A stretch of 63,747 bases of DNA, the filler included. It is 14 parts of 14 records of this genome, joined end to end, with 100 filler letters (N's around TTAATTAATTAA, not from the genome) between each part and the next. Parts side by side here need not be neighbours in the genome. Positions count along the whole stretch, not along the records: positions 1 to 6,020 come from SRR9670534_282; positions 6,121 to 8,427 come from SRR9670534_288; positions 8,528 to 13,268 come from SRR9670534_289; positions 13,369 to 15,845 come from SRR9670534_291; 10 more parts are not named here. One strand, 5' to 3'. Under the pieces are notes generated by a model, which did not search any database, was not told the DNA's origin, and worked only from the letters and a program-made list of their open reading frames with translations. Positions 1 through 13,375 of this stretch are shown here, piece by piece; the first letter of the stretch is position 1; every line of letters begins with the position of its first letter. Made by a program: the position numbers and the translations under genes.

Positions 1-1806
1 AACATTCTCTGCCTGGTACGGGAAAAATTCATCACATATTTTACGAGTTATTAATAATTATAATCATCATTCGAAAGTCCTACTTATCTCATACTTTCAC
101 CTTGACATTCTTTATAGCGGTTTCGATTATAACGAAGCTAGTGTAGTACATACACTACAATCAATAAACATTTATTAACTCAATATTATTATTAATAATA
201 ACAAAGTTTACTACAAAAAACGCAAAAGTCTGCCAACGGCGTTAGCATTGCAATAAATTGTATCCAAGCCTTTCTGAGAAACGCTCATTATTGTTATGTA
301 AAGCGCCGATGCATTTTGCCATGACATATTGCACGTATCTACGGATTGTGGCATGTATAATAGTTATAACTACATATAACTACTATAGTAGATCGACAAT
401 TTGTTTTGGCGCTGACTACTATGCATGTATGATACAATGTATCAATGATGTAACGGTACATAGTAGGCCTATCATATGACAAACTTTATCATATAAAGCG
501 TTATTATTATCACTATTATTAATAATGAGTGTTGATATTAGTCACGTATAGTACAGGTATTTTCATTGTACCAGTTACCTATCGCCACTAACCAAGATTT
601 TGAAACCAGCAGAATATAAAGATATAGTGATATGTTGAACCTTTGTGCATCTCTAGCAAATGATAACAAAAACTGTTCGAAGTTTTATTATTCCTAATAC
701 ACCTATCACAGCGGATGTGGGTATAACGAAAGAATACTTGCTTTACTATCATTGAATACTATAAGCCTTATTATAATTAATAGCAGTAATTAAATCATTT
801 AATTTATATGAACCTATTATCCGTATTGCATTTTTATTAACAAATAACAATTACCTTGTGTAACGCCTTATTCTGTCAGATATTTACTGCACACCCAATA
901 CAATAGGGTGGCTCAGCTGTCTATGGGATTCTCTAAAGTTTTCAAAAGCTGAGCCTCCCCCAAATTTTTTGCGATAATAAAATTTTATAAACATGTACCG
1001 TACATGATGTACGCAAAGTTTCAACTAAATTGACACATGTTTTGATTTTTAGCAAAGGCTTTATATGTTAGAATTTTGTAAAAGAATAGTACATTAACTT
1101 TTGCTTGCTATATTTTGAACAAATTGCTGATTTATTATTATTAATTGGAAGTATTTATAAAAAGCTAAGAGATTAGGATCTTGAAAATATTATGCATAAG
1201 CTATTTGATAGCACTTCTTTTCAGGAAAGCACAATTTTGCACTAAAAACACATTGAGGTATGATTTGTAAACATTAAAAGAAGATGTCACGCATAATAGC
1301 GATAATCTGTGCAATAAGCATAAGGACTCATTACTAAATGTAAGGAGTATTCCAACTAATACCAAACGTACGAACGTCAAATTAAGCCTTTGCGTGTAAA
1401 AGTCTTAATGGAGTAGTTAGCATTCACAGCCTGTGAATCACAGGACTGAAAACTATAAATGCAAAAAGATGTCGCTCTTATCGGCGGGAATATTATTCAG
1501 TTACGAACTCGTTTTATGTAAAACTATCAATTATAGTCAATATCAGTTTGCAGTTAAATTACTTGTAAACTAAAGTTATAATTTATAAAATATGCCAATT
1601 ATACTGTGTAAACAAACAAGTAGGACTATATATTAATTGTTATAAGTTATAATGGAACATTGTTAGTAAAAGTTATTTGTTATTAGGTAGGTTACAGAGC
1701 TAAATTACTCAAAATGGTGGTAAGAAATTTAGTCATCGCTAATCATTAATAAATAACCTATAAAAGGCGATAAATTAGCAAAAAAAGCAATGCTAATTAG
1801 AGAAGC

Positions 1807-4800
1807 TCAATCAGCATCCACTTCTTTCTTTTCTTGATCTTTTTCCATTCTCGAAAAAGCAAAGCCATGACCAGCCTGAGTAGCCTTGGCTGATGTTCTG
1901 TACAATACATAGACAACAGCAAATCCAATGACACATCCTAATAGCAAAAGGAAAACCCCCACACCTGCTGCTGTTCCTAATTCAAGGACAAGTCTTATTA
2001 AGTTATTGCGTAATGTGCAAAAAATAAAAAAGTTACCATTCGAAACAATAGTTGGCTGATCATTATTATTATTTTCAGTATCGGCTGCGACGGCCCATGT
2101 ATTTCCTATGAACGTAAAATCCTATGATTTTTTGTGAGTAGCCTATACCTATAAAATAACGATTATTTCCTTACTTGCATAGATGTAGCAGTATCCATAT
2201 AATTTTTTGTTTACTTCTTGCATAATTTCACTGCTTTTTAAAAGATGAAATTGTTTTCCAATTAGAAAGCATCGATTAGTACGACCACAATATGAGAAAG
2301 TATTGCAGTTTAATAAAACCTTGGAGTCATGGCAAGCCTGTGCACATCCATTTTTATCAGTCTTCAATTCTACCGTGTTAACGGAAGTTGCGAAAAATCC
2401 AGTCATCTTTCTGTCGAAAATATCGATAAAATTTCCTGTAAATATACTTGGATATATTTCAATATTTCGTTGGAAAACAAAACTTACGATTGTAATGATC
2501 ACATCCACCATAGGTTGATAAGTCTTTTGTAGAATTTGAAGAAGGATGCTTGGCTATCAAGTAACAAGTTTGCGCACTTTCGCACCAGTCAAAAGCCATA
2601 CACGTGAAGTCCAAAGAATTAAGACAATTGTATGCACAAAAGTCTGCTTCCTGAATTCTTTCGTCAGGCATTTGGTAAGCCTCAATCTTCTTTTCAACAG
2701 ATTCTTCAAAAACTTTCCCGGGAACTTTGTTGAACTTGTCACAAGCAACACATTCTATAATATTATGATAAATAGCGACAACTTTTTCAGACGGCGTACA
2801 GTAGTACTAAAAATATTCATAATACGTTATTATTGTCGGTATAAAATTGAATCTACTACAAATCTATTACTAACGTTTCTACTTACTGTAGAAATGATCA
2901 CATGAAGTAGATTCTTGCCAGTTGATGATATCTTTATTTGCTGTTGATAATACAGTAGTATTGACTAGAATGCAAGTCTTTGTTCCTTGGCAGTAATTAA
3001 AACCTGTGCACCAATCTTCATAATAGCAATTCGTTTGGCATTCCTATGAAAATACACCTTATGCTCGTATGCTATAAATAGGAAATCAATTATTTGTAAT
3101 AAATAGTGATGATAATTCAACAATTGTTCGCACTGCACATGCCCAGGTAGTACTTTTATTAACTGAATAGAAGTCAATGGACTTACACCAACGGTAAGTG
3201 CATCTTGTTTCCCAGGCGGCATATCGCCAATCATTACTCCTTCCATTTGTATAAAATATTCGCTGTAAATATCTTCTGCTTCGCCTACCCATCCTATATC
3301 ATCAAAGTCGTATACACTATCTAAGAGCCTCATATTTAGTCCTTGCAAAGTAATGTCTCCAGCTTGATTTGAAATGGTGAACGCCCCACTATCTATAACG
3401 CTATTAATTGCACCCCATACTTTTTTGGCTGGTGTTGATTGAAAGTCATCGCCAGGCTCTATTATTATTAATATATGTTATATTATTCAATGTATTATAA
3501 GAAAAATTGTAAGAATTTATTAAAGAAGACATATCTGGAAAGCTTACTTAATGCTGTTGATGGCGGATAAATAGTTCCATATGCAATTAAAGCGTCCCTT
3601 TTATCTTCCACAAACTATAATAATGTATAATAATAAGATAACTTAGCTTTGTACATGAACTTAATAATCAGCTTATTAAATTTTCTAAATTGTTAGTTAC
3701 ACTCGGTTTTCCAAATCTTGCACTGGAAATCATACTACCATTCATGTTCACAGTGGCTAATCTAAAATTTTTCATCAATTTAGCTGCTAGTTCGTTCTCT
3801 TTCATGCTCACGTCAATTTCAAAATTCTTTGCTATAATAACAAGTTATTAATAATTATTAACTTTAGAAAAAACTTTTTGAAAAAACTTCTTGAAGAACA
3901 CTATCTATATAACTTTATATCATTACTTACGTTTTATAAAGTATATAACGTAATGAGCAGATCTTTTGTCATCTTCGTCAAAACAATTCTTGATATCATA
4001 GTAATCCAAATTCATTTTACCAACATTAAATCCATACATATTGTAATATGTCTAAAATAGTTGATCATTCATCACTAATGATTTGTTGGAAAAATGTCAT
4101 AAATGTACATGAAGATCTCATCATAACATAAGTTACCTTTGAACCAACCCCACTGCTTGGTGTAAGCGTCATTCCTAATGGAACTATGGGAGTTTTTGCA
4201 TATAAAGCACCCTCAATTCCTTGAACTATATCAAACCAACCATTCTAAAAATAACCATATATAACTTATTATCAACCATAATTTATATTATATATAACTA
4301 CTATAACTGTTATAACTACTATAGACTACTATTAATTTTACAAATCTTCATAAATTTCAGGTATTGGTTAATATGTTAAATTAACATTTTTAATATTTAA
4401 TAACTACATATTCATATTTAATAACTGCAATAATATTTTATTATTACTATTAGTATTTTAAAAATTTATTAATGTTTTACAAATATTTTTTACTAGGTAT
4501 ACCTATAATTTATTAACTAATACCCTAATAATTTTCATTATCATAATGATACGGGTATGCATAATCGGTATGTTTATTATTACAGCTAATTAGAGTAGTA
4601 ATTTGCTATTGGTATTTGTAGCAATACCCCCATCATTATGTATAGTTCAGCTATATAATTTTTCATGCTTGGACCAGATATTGGAAATTGAAAGTTATTT
4701 GTGACATATTTAACAGCAGTTACTAATCCGTCTCGATATGGCAAATTAACCTAAATACATGCAAAAAGCATTTAGATAACTTCTATAAATATTACGGTTT

Positions 4801-5309
4801 AAATTTATTACGCGATCAGAAGTCATTTTGCCATACGAAAGGTATTTTAGGGCTAAGACTACTGGTGCCACTTGAATTTTAGAAGAAAATGCAGGACTAT
4901 CATAGTTAATTTGTTCACATGTTGCTGTTTTAAGATTCACCTTGTACAACACCTTTTCACCAAAAGAAGAAATAAATCGATATTCTGTCTGATCTTCAAA
5001 ACTATAATATTGACCTGCGATGGATTCCAAATCCAAATTTACCCGCATCTAAAATACTATTAGTTGATATTAATATTATTAATAATAACGGGATTTAATA
5101 ATATTACAGTATAGGAAAGTTTGCTAACAAATGTTATGTACCCGAGTAACATCAATGGTTTGTTTATCTGGAACAATAGTTTCAACGTCCACGTAATAAT
5201 CTTGGGCATTTTTTGTAAAATTCGTAATATCAAGACAGGCTATTCTACTAAAAAATAAGAACCAAACATAAAAGTAAATCTCAATACAATTCTTCTTTTG
5301 CGTTGTCAT
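1807..5309 (-). CDS. Multi-exon type I membrane protein with two PAN/Apple domains and a C-terminal TM helix (uncharacterised invertebrate family)
   Basis: Spliced reading gives a candidate signal region (MTTQKKNCIEIYFYVWFLFFSRIAC) and two PAN-like Cys patterns (CAYNCLNSLDFTCMAFDWCESAQTC; CAQACHDSKVLLNCNTFSYCGRTNRC). The last exon reads GTAAGVGVFLLLLGCVIGFAVVYVLYRT...EVDAD* (TGA 1809-1807). GT-AG introns separate the ORF fragments. The start codon is uncertain. Confidence 0.7.
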
Positions 5310-6020
5310 AGCTGAATAATGACTACGATAACCAATGCCAACAGTTTTACTTTTGGAAAACTGATAATACATATGCAGCATAGATTATTACAATATTATA
5401 ATTATACTGTCGATATGTGACATATACCTTTACTGCATATTTGAGGTTAGATTAGAAAATAAAAATAGAATAGAACACCTTCGTCTATAAGTGTTGTTAT
5501 TATAGCAAATTACATTATTACTAATAAAAATAATTAATGTTTGTGTTGAATAAAACCTGTTTATAATGAATTGTTGATAAATAGCAGCTAAGCTGCTGCA
5601 TTTCGGGCCTATTCGTATGATTTATTACATGCGTAATTTATTACAGTATACATGTATAGTATATACATTGTATACATAGTGTATATTACAATATAAATGG
5701 TACAATAGTCACTTGACCACATATTTGCAAAATAGTTTTGTATTGTACGCTGTACATATTAGCTGCAAATTGCACAATGTAAGCCTATTGTATATTATTG
5801 TACCTTACATTGAATGTACTTATTAAACTGTATGTACTACAGTGTACATGCGGTTACAATATTACTATTGTACATGCATTGCACATGTGCATTGTGTTGT
5901 CATTTTCATAATTTGCATACAAATCACGTACTGTACGTACGTGTACAAGGACAAAATATTATAACATGTACTTTATGAAAAAGTTATTATTAATTATCAA
6001 CAAATCAATATTATTAATAA

Positions 6021-6120
6021 NNNNNNNNNNNNNNNNNNNNNNNNNNNNNNNNNNNNNNNNNNNNTTAATTAATTAANNNNNNNNNNNNNNNNNNNNNNNN
6101 NNNNNNNNNNNNNNNNNNNN
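6021..6120. other. Artificial contig linker (first of 13)
   Basis: N44-TTAATTAATTAA-N44 (stops in all six frames). Identical linkers at 8428-8527, 13269-13368, 15846-15945, 21207-21306, 24680-24779, 28524-28623, 33832-33931, 36559-36658, 41977-42076, 55875-55974, 58296-58395 and 61042-61141. Confidence 0.99.
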
Positions 6121-7725
6121 GCTGCATGGAGCCATTTTACATGCATTTTACAAGACATATGTAGAAAGGGTGTACTTTTTAACGAAATTGGGCAACATGG
6201 AAATTTTGAATTAATTCAACATAATTCCTGTAATCCAAAAAAGGAATTTTTTTCGATATATTTTGCTATGTTACAACACGCGTTAGGTGTCTATCTCTTT
6301 AACAGACGATTTACCTTTTCTGACTACCTACTTTGTGAATCTGGCACAAATTATGAATCTATTGATAATGTACTTGCAAATGCTTCAAATGAAGAAACTT
6401 TTCAAAAAACTATCCTGATTATGAAAAATCTTGATCAATTGGAAATAAGCATTATGGATGCTCTACTTTTGCCCAAAACTTTTAATCTTTTGAATAAGAT
6501 GCATGTTAAGTTGCTTTTCATTGACATTCAGTCAATATATGGAGTTTCTAAGTTGGGTAGCCCAAGTGTTGACACTGTGTTTGATACAGTTCGTGCTCAT
6601 GTACCATCCTTTAATGAGCTTAGACTATCTCTTGAACATTGCAACCCCTTTCTTGGCAAATTTTTTGGTGTTTCCACCGTTTCACCCCATTTGATTTTGC
6701 AGAACTTTTCAGCTGATTCATATTGTTTGCTTGATAATAGCATTGCATACAAACTTTCAAAGTTAACTATAGTGGTTAAAAAGTTTAGCTACCTGCAATT
6801 TAACTATAAAGGTAGTATAATTAAACTGGTTGGTGAGTTGGAGTATCTGTTCAGAAAGAGAGTTTTGCAAGAATTATATGTTGAAGATTGCAACATTGGA
6901 GTTCTTGATTTTACAATTCTCATTCTATCTGCATTGATTAATTCAGATCATGTTCTTAAAATTTTAGACATGAAGACAAGAGATGGAACTTTTGACATGT
7001 CTAACTATATGGTAAGTGATAAAGTGGAATCTTTGAGAAGATTTTGTGTCAGAAAGTTAAGCATTCAAATTTGTGGCAACTGCACAATCCACGAGGATTT
7101 TCGCAATGCTGCAGAATTTATGGAACATATTGTTGGAATTAAGGAATTTACCTTTATTCCTGGGTATCATCAAAATTTCTTCTCAGATCATGACACTTTT
7201 TTGTCTGTTATATGCAAGAATAACTTCTTGGAAACTCTAAGATTCCCCATGTACTATAGTGCATCTAATCTGGATTTTTGTGAACTAGTCAATAACTTTC
7301 AATTTTTGAAGGTTTTGGAAGTCAATCCCTTTTTTGTAAAAAATTTTGATCAATTGGCTTTGTTGATGATTCATTCCAATTTACAAAGTTTAAGTCTAAA
7401 CAGTTGTGATTCAAGTTATTACTTAATTGACAATCAGACAAAATGGATGATTTTGAACTCTATTTACAACATTTTTCACCCTCAATTGTTGTTGAAAAAC
7501 TTTGAACTGAAGATGGATTCAGGCTGCTATAGCTGTTTTACCACAAGTTTTGAATATGTTAAAAATTTGGCAAGTTTATTTCTTGATTTAAGAAGGCATG
7601 AGAATTCCACATTTCATTTGGAAAGATTTATGTATATGGTGGATTATCCAAGTGTTGATGCGGAAGTAGCGTTGTCACTCTTGCTCAGTGAAGCTGATGT
7701 TTTGCTTTACAGTAAAATAGAATAA
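6121..7725 (+). CDS. 5'-truncated intronless ORF, degenerate leucine-rich-repeat protein (possibly LRRC41-like)
   Basis: The frame is open from the contig start (AAWSHFTC...) through the 485-aa ORF. LxxLxL segments: LQELYVEDC, LKILDM, LETLRF, LKVLEVN, LQSLSLNSC. AATAAA overlaps the stop. Family assignment is tentative. Confidence 0.55.
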   Translation, partial: AAWSHFTCILQDICRKGVLFNEIGQHGNFELIQHNSCNPKKEFFSIYFAMLQHALGVYLFNRRFTFSDYLLCESGTNYESIDNVLANASNEETFQKTILIMKNLDQLEISIMDALLLPKTFNLLNKMHVKLLFIDIQSIYGVSKLGSPSVDTVFDTVRAHVPSFNELRLSLEHCNPFLGKFFGVSTVSPHLILQNFSADSYCLLDNSIAYKLSKLTIVVKKFSYLQFNYKGSIIKLVGELEYLFRKRVLQELYVEDCNIGVLDFTILILSALINSDHVLKILDMKTRDGTFDMSNYMVSDKVESLRRFCVRKLSIQICGNCTIHEDFRNAAEFMEHIVGIKEFTFIPGYHQNFFSDHDTFLSVICKNNFLETLRFPMYYSASNLDFCELVNNFQFLKVLEVNPFFVKNFDQLALLMIHSNLQSLSLNSCDSSYYLIDNQTKWMILNSIYNIFHPQLLLKNFELKMDSGCYSCFTTSFEYVKNLASLFLDLRRHENSTFHLERFMYMVDYPSVDAEVALSLLLSEADVLLYSKIE

Positions 7726-8011
7726 ATAACAAGTGCGCATAGATATTAACTAAATTTACTGTCTGTCTTATGTGCTACTGCTTATAATCTTGTTTTGCCG
7801 TTTTTCCGTTTTTTTTTGAATCTATATTCCCCAATAATAATGTTAGCATTTATTTTCTTGCCTTTGTTATTATTAATAAAATGTACCTATGATAGGCTAT
7901 CATTAGTTTCCTAATACATTTTATTTTAAGCTTCAAATGAGTTTTGTCATGTAATAGCATAGATAGTATTATAATATTATTATTTATTAATAAGTGTTAG
8001 CGCTATAGTAT

Positions 8012-8200
8012 ACTGATATATCGATATATTGATCGATATGTTGATAATATCGATTTGATATATTGATCGATATATTGATATATTGATAATATCGATTTGG
8101 TATATTAATAATATTGATATGTTGATTTACTGATATATGATTATATATATTGATCGATAATATCTATTTGATTTATTGATATATCGATCAATATTAAATA
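8012..8200. repeat. Degenerate AT-rich tandem/low-complexity repeat (TATTGATCGATA / ATATCGAT units)
   Basis: Repeated gatatattgatcgatat and ttgataatatcgattt units are visible directly. Confidence 0.7.
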
Positions 8201-9265
8201 TTTAATAATATTAATAATGTTGTTGTAATTTTAGATAATTTGAAGGATTTGCCAAATTCTGATGATGATGGTATGTGAAATGATAATATTCAATAGATAT
8301 GTTATTTATTAGTATATTGTAATAGGTATGTTATTAATAGTTTTTAAAACTTTTAGCCTAAAATTTTTTGGAAGGCTACTACAATTAAGTATGTTATTAT
8401 AATAATACTATATATAGTATTATTATANNNNNNNNNNNNNNNNNNNNNNNNNNNNNNNNNNNNNNNNNNNNTTAATTAATTAANNNNNNNNNNNNNNNNN
8501 NNNNNNNNNNNNNNNNNNNNNNNNNNNAAAAAGGTTATTTTTGAAGCACCCTAATATCCATAGACACAACTTATTTACATAATACGGTAACATCGTATGC
8601 CAATGCCACTATCCATAGACATAATAAGGAGGTTCTTATGTCTATTATGTCTATGCCACTATCAATAACGACATCTGCATGCATATACAAATACTTCTTA
8701 AATTATTTGTTTGCCAGGGTTCCCTTGTTTCGATTACTAGGGAGTAATTGTCATAAGAAAGGCTTAATAATAAAAGATAATAACAAATAATGATCAGGTG
8801 TGTTAGTTATAAAGGTTCGCGTTAAGTTGAACTTAACTTTGAACTTCAAAGTGTAAGATGAAACTTCATGTTATTGGATTCCAATAATTGGAATGATGGT
8901 AAATTCAATACTCTTGGAAATGTTTTCTTTATTGATTGTGATAATTTAAATTATTAATAATAACAACAATTACGATGCTAATAATACATGAAACAAAATT
9001 GATTGCAAATTCAAAGGTGTTTCCTCACAGTGCTCAATTCGAAATATTTAATAATCATTCAAAATATCCACTCATTCGAAATATCTAATAATTCATTAGT
9101 ACTATTAAATTAAGGAAAGCAATAGAAAAAGTCAATCAATACCAAATCATATTGATTATGAAATGTCCATATATTTACATCTACTGATATTATACATTAA
9201 AATTATAAATCATATAAAATAGGCTATTTTACATAGCACTACATTTGCAACTTATGTTTCATAAC

Positions 9266-9511
9266 TTATGAATGCTCTTCTTCCAGTATGCATTGTAATT
9301 CTGAAATATAGTCTATAACCAGTTGCATTACTTCGAGGGTGTTAAGTCCATTGCTTGAACCATAGCTTTTGGGGATTAGTTTCTGTAGTTTTTCCAAATA
9401 CTGATGAATTTCATCGCCAGAGGTTTTGACATGTTTCTTAGTGACTTTGCTGATCAGGGGTTTTGGAGAGAGTTTTCTGGATTCCATGACAACTCTGTGG
9501 GAGCATTTCAT
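9266..9511 (-). CDS. emc: Id / extramacrochaetae HLH protein lacking a basic region
   Basis: 81-aa intronless ORF starting MK with HLH EIHQYLEKLQKLIP...LEVMQLVIDYISELQ, the Id/emc signature, and no basic DNA-binding region. Confidence 0.9.
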   Translation of the reverse strand: MKCSHRVVMESRKLSPKPLISKVTKKHVKTSGDEIHQYLEKLQKLIPKSYGSSNGLNTLEVMQLVIDYISELQCILEEEHS

Positions 9512-9669
9512 TTTGAAACTCGTGTATTTAAGACTAACTTGACCAGTAAATTTGAAGAACGTGTCTTTTTGGAAAAGAAAATGGATAATTCAGATAGAAC
9601 AGAAGGTTTGCACCAGAAGGTTTCTCACAAAGTGTTTAATTGCCAAGTTTATTTTCACAAGGACCTTCC

Positions 9670-9711
9670 TTTATACAGGATACTGCAGCTGCCTTTGCGC
9701 GTTTTGATTGG
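9670..9711 (-). promoter_or_regulatory. TATA box and CCAAT box of Id/emc
   Basis: On the minus strand, TATAAA at 9675-9670 and AGCCAATC (core 9711-9707), upstream of the ATG at 9511 in the expected order. Confidence 0.65.
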
Positions 9712-9779
9712 CTAGAAAGGTCATGTGATCTATGGCACACCTGAACTGGCTATTGACAAACATGAATGCAGCTGTATGG

Positions 9780-9856
9780 CAGACATACTGTCGCCGACAG
9801 GATGACGTCACTATATATGTATACTATAGGCGCTCAGTGGACAGGCCCTGGCGCCA
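9780..9856 (-). promoter_or_regulatory. BMP/Smad response element plus CRE cluster
   Basis: Minus strand GGCGAC-AGTAT-GTCTG (9795-9780) matches GRCGNC-N5-GTCTG. TGACGTCA at 9803-9810 and palindromic TGGCGCCA at 9849-9856. Confidence 0.7.
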
Positions 9857-11076
9857 GTAACCTCTTACAACGTGCAAATTCGCACCTGCAAGCATTATAC
9901 ATACTACATCAAATTGCTACCGTACAAAGATTAATTATAAACCGACCAACGACATATGATAGGTAACGTAACAGGAATGCATGAGAAAATTTGTTGAGAA
10001 CGGTTAGTAGGATATACATATTCCACATTGTATATTATACAGTCAGACTGAGTCAGTTGATCTTTGTTAGAGTCAAAGCGATCAAATTTCTCTAGTTTCG
10101 TGTTAAATACTGTTAACTAAAATAAACACTGTTAATTAAATTTTTATCATAATAATAATTTGCTATTTTAATAATAATTACAAAGATATTATAATTAAAA
10201 TTATATCATGGCATATTATAATTATTAATATGTTTATAATTATTATTAATTATTATTATAATTTATAACATTATCATTATTATAATTATTGATATGTTAA
10301 TATTATGATATTAATTTAAAATAATTTAATTAATTATAATTATAATATTGTTATCAACAAGATGCTACTCAAAACTTGAAATATTTCTTTTTATTGTGTC
10401 ATCAACAGTAAACACTTGTGATGTGAAGAACAAGAATGACAAAAATCATCTGTATTATTATTATTAATTGTGACTTACAACGAAATTTAAGCTAATACCT
10501 GATTAACAAAGCGTGATTATCGTTATTAATTATTGAAAATTAAGACAAATCATATCCCCAGAACAAATATTAGCTGATAACTGAAATGAGACTTATGGAT
10601 TTTTAAAATTATTAAATAAAATAATTTTACCTAAGTCATGCCATCATACATGTATGTACTGATGAAAAACATAAAAAAGAATATGAGAAACATTTACAAT
10701 ATTAAATGGTATATTATTAAATAAAGGTTAGAAAGCAGGTAAGTTATATGACAATGAATGAATATGATGCATTTCATACGATATAGGTGTATTTTATCCA
10801 TGATACATACAGAGTTTGTCAACAAAACTCCAATACAAAAATAAAGAATATAGTGATACTTACATATATACATACATACATACATCATCATCATCAATTA
10901 CAATAATTAATAATGATAATAATAAAACCATACCATACATGAGAGAAAGAAGGTTGGATGAAATACAATAAGCAATGATAAACTATAATCCAAATACATC
11001 AACATGGCGATAAAATCATGCTAATTATTATTTCATAAGTGATATGATATTAATACACTAAAGAATACAAGCAACA

Positions 11077-13268
11077 TCAAAATGGTTCTGACTGCTTATT
11101 ATTAAAAATGGGTACTAGTTCATTCAAAAGCTCGTCTTGAAGAACTACTTCCGCAAAAAGGTTTTCCCGTTCTATGATTCCTTGCCACTCTTGTTTTTGT
11201 ACAGCTTGCAGCGCTTCAGCTTCGTTCCGTTGTCGAAGCATTAATTTTTCCTACAAAAAGAACGAGAGTTATAAATAGCGATGAGTCATCGACGTAACCA
11301 GGCAACGAGGTATTTGCAAGATGGCCGCCTACTAACCTGTTCACTTTCATATTTTTGCGTCAGATCATGCAACCAAGCTTGCAGCACGCGATTAGAAAAT
11401 CGATTTCTGTCTTCACCGTTATTCTGAAATATAGTCTTGCAAATATAAAAAGCACAATTAAAAAAGGGACTACTTACAGAGAATACTTTTGCGATTTGAC
11501 CTTTGGTCACGTACAGATTTGTATCCCTCATGAATGAACATAGACCATAAGAATCCGTCATTTGAAGCTTGGCACGACCGGCTTGACAATGGCATCTGAT
11601 TATTTCTTGTTCCATGGCCATTTTTAACCGCTGGTTTTCAATTTCATGTTTCATTTGAAGGATATTTCGTGCTTCTTCTTGCTCTTTAAATTTATCCTTT
11701 AGTACCGTTTCGTTAGCAATTCTTACAGGAACAGGCTAAAGTTAATATTTAAACAATAATACGTTGCGTGTTCTGAATATAATTTACCTATATATTATAT
11801 AAAGCTATATAAAAACTTACGGAATTTGTTTCGGAATAATTTTTTACGACACCCTCTTCACTTTGACAAATGTACTGTTTGGTAACCAACAGAAATTTGT
11901 CCAGGTTTGGTGGGATCTTCAAATCAGTTGGCAAAAAGGAACAATTAGCTCCACTAAACTCGCTTCGTATCTATAATGAATTTAATTTTAAATACATGTA
12001 AAAACCAGGGTAAAACCAGGGTAATTGTCAATACCAATTGTAAATACCGTGTTGATGTGCACAAAATACATACCTTATTCTGAATGTTGTAATAAATTTT
12101 GAAATTATCATTAACATCTTCATTAGGATTAAAACCTATCTGACCATCGTCAAATTTTGGCTTTGGAATTGCTCCTACAATAATAATTACATTTACATAA
12201 ACATATATATTAAACGAAACTAGCTAGTTTTAAATTTAAAACTTCAAAATTTTAAAAATTTAATGGGTAAAAGTATTGGTTGTTAATTTATTAATTTTAT
12301 TTACCCATTAAATTTATACGCTTTTAAAAATTTTAAAATTTTAAATAATCAATGTTAAAAATGAAATACAGGAGGTCATTTTTATATAGATAAATTATAT
12401 CATACTTCTCATGAGGGGCGTTTCAACATCCTGTGGTTTAATGATATAAGGCAAGCTACCATTCTTATTAATTTTAACCTTTAAACTCATTTCAGGACAA
12501 GTTTCTGTAGTCATGGACGGCATTTTAATTTTTAATTTGGGAACTTTTAAACTTTCTGCTTTTGGCATTGTTGGCGTTGATGATACTGATGTTGCTTCAG
12601 GTAAACTGTCCTGTGATTCATCATTACTTGCAGTTGAGGTTGACGATGGCCTTTTCACACCAGGTGAATAAATCTGCTTTTTCTCAGTTGCCTTGATTGG
12701 TGTTATTATTGAGGTTTTCTTCACGGAAGAATTGGCAACAATAGAATTTGAAGCAGTAGAGTTTGTATTAACTGAAGAAAAATTCGCAAGTGGCAAAGAT
12801 GTTGCAATAACAACGGATATAGTCTTTTCAGGGCCTTTTTCCTCATGGTGTCTATTATTTTCTTCGATATTTTCTTGTGAAGAGGAAGAAGTTCCTGCAA
12901 TAATGGAACCTGGCTTTTTTCCTGTTGCAATGTCAGAAAATAATCTCAACTTTTTATGTTTGTAGGATGTTTCTGGGATAGCAACGTTACCATTGTTATT
13001 ATTGCTGTTGGTGGTGGTGTTATTATTTGCCCCAACAATTTCAGGATGAGCAGATGTTGTTACTTTTGCATTTATACTTGTAAAAATCTTGTTCTCCTTG
13101 GGAAGTGGTGTTACTGCCTTTTCCTTCCTGCTATTAATAATACTATCTGATACAGTAGTAACTTTAGATTCAGATGGTTTTGAGCCAGATGGTTGCTGTT
13201 CAGATGTGGAAATAGATGTCACCAATGGCAACTGGATCGATGAAGCTGAATTATTGATGCTGCTATTG
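11077..13268 (-). CDS. ANKRD12: Ankyrin repeat domain protein 11/12 homologue, 3' part (multi-exon, 5'-truncated)
   Basis: The C-terminal motifs KHEIENQRLKMAMEQEIIRCHCQAGRA, RFSNRVLQAWLHDLTQKYE and EKLMLRQRNEAEALQAVQKQEWQ match the ANKRD11/12 C-terminus. An upstream Ser/Thr-rich exon carries KVPKLKIK. Stop TGA 11079-11077. Confidence 0.8.
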
Positions 13269-13375
13269 NNNNNNNNNNNNNNNNNNNNNNNNNNNNNNNN
13301 NNNNNNNNNNNNTTAATTAATTAANNNNNNNNNNNNNNNNNNNNNNNNNNNNNNNNNNNNNNNNNNNNGCATAAA

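Noticed and set aside
2149-2760. Overlapping ORFs in three frames suggesting frameshifts in the PAN gene
   Set aside because: A short GT-AG intron (~2436-2487) explains the frame change.
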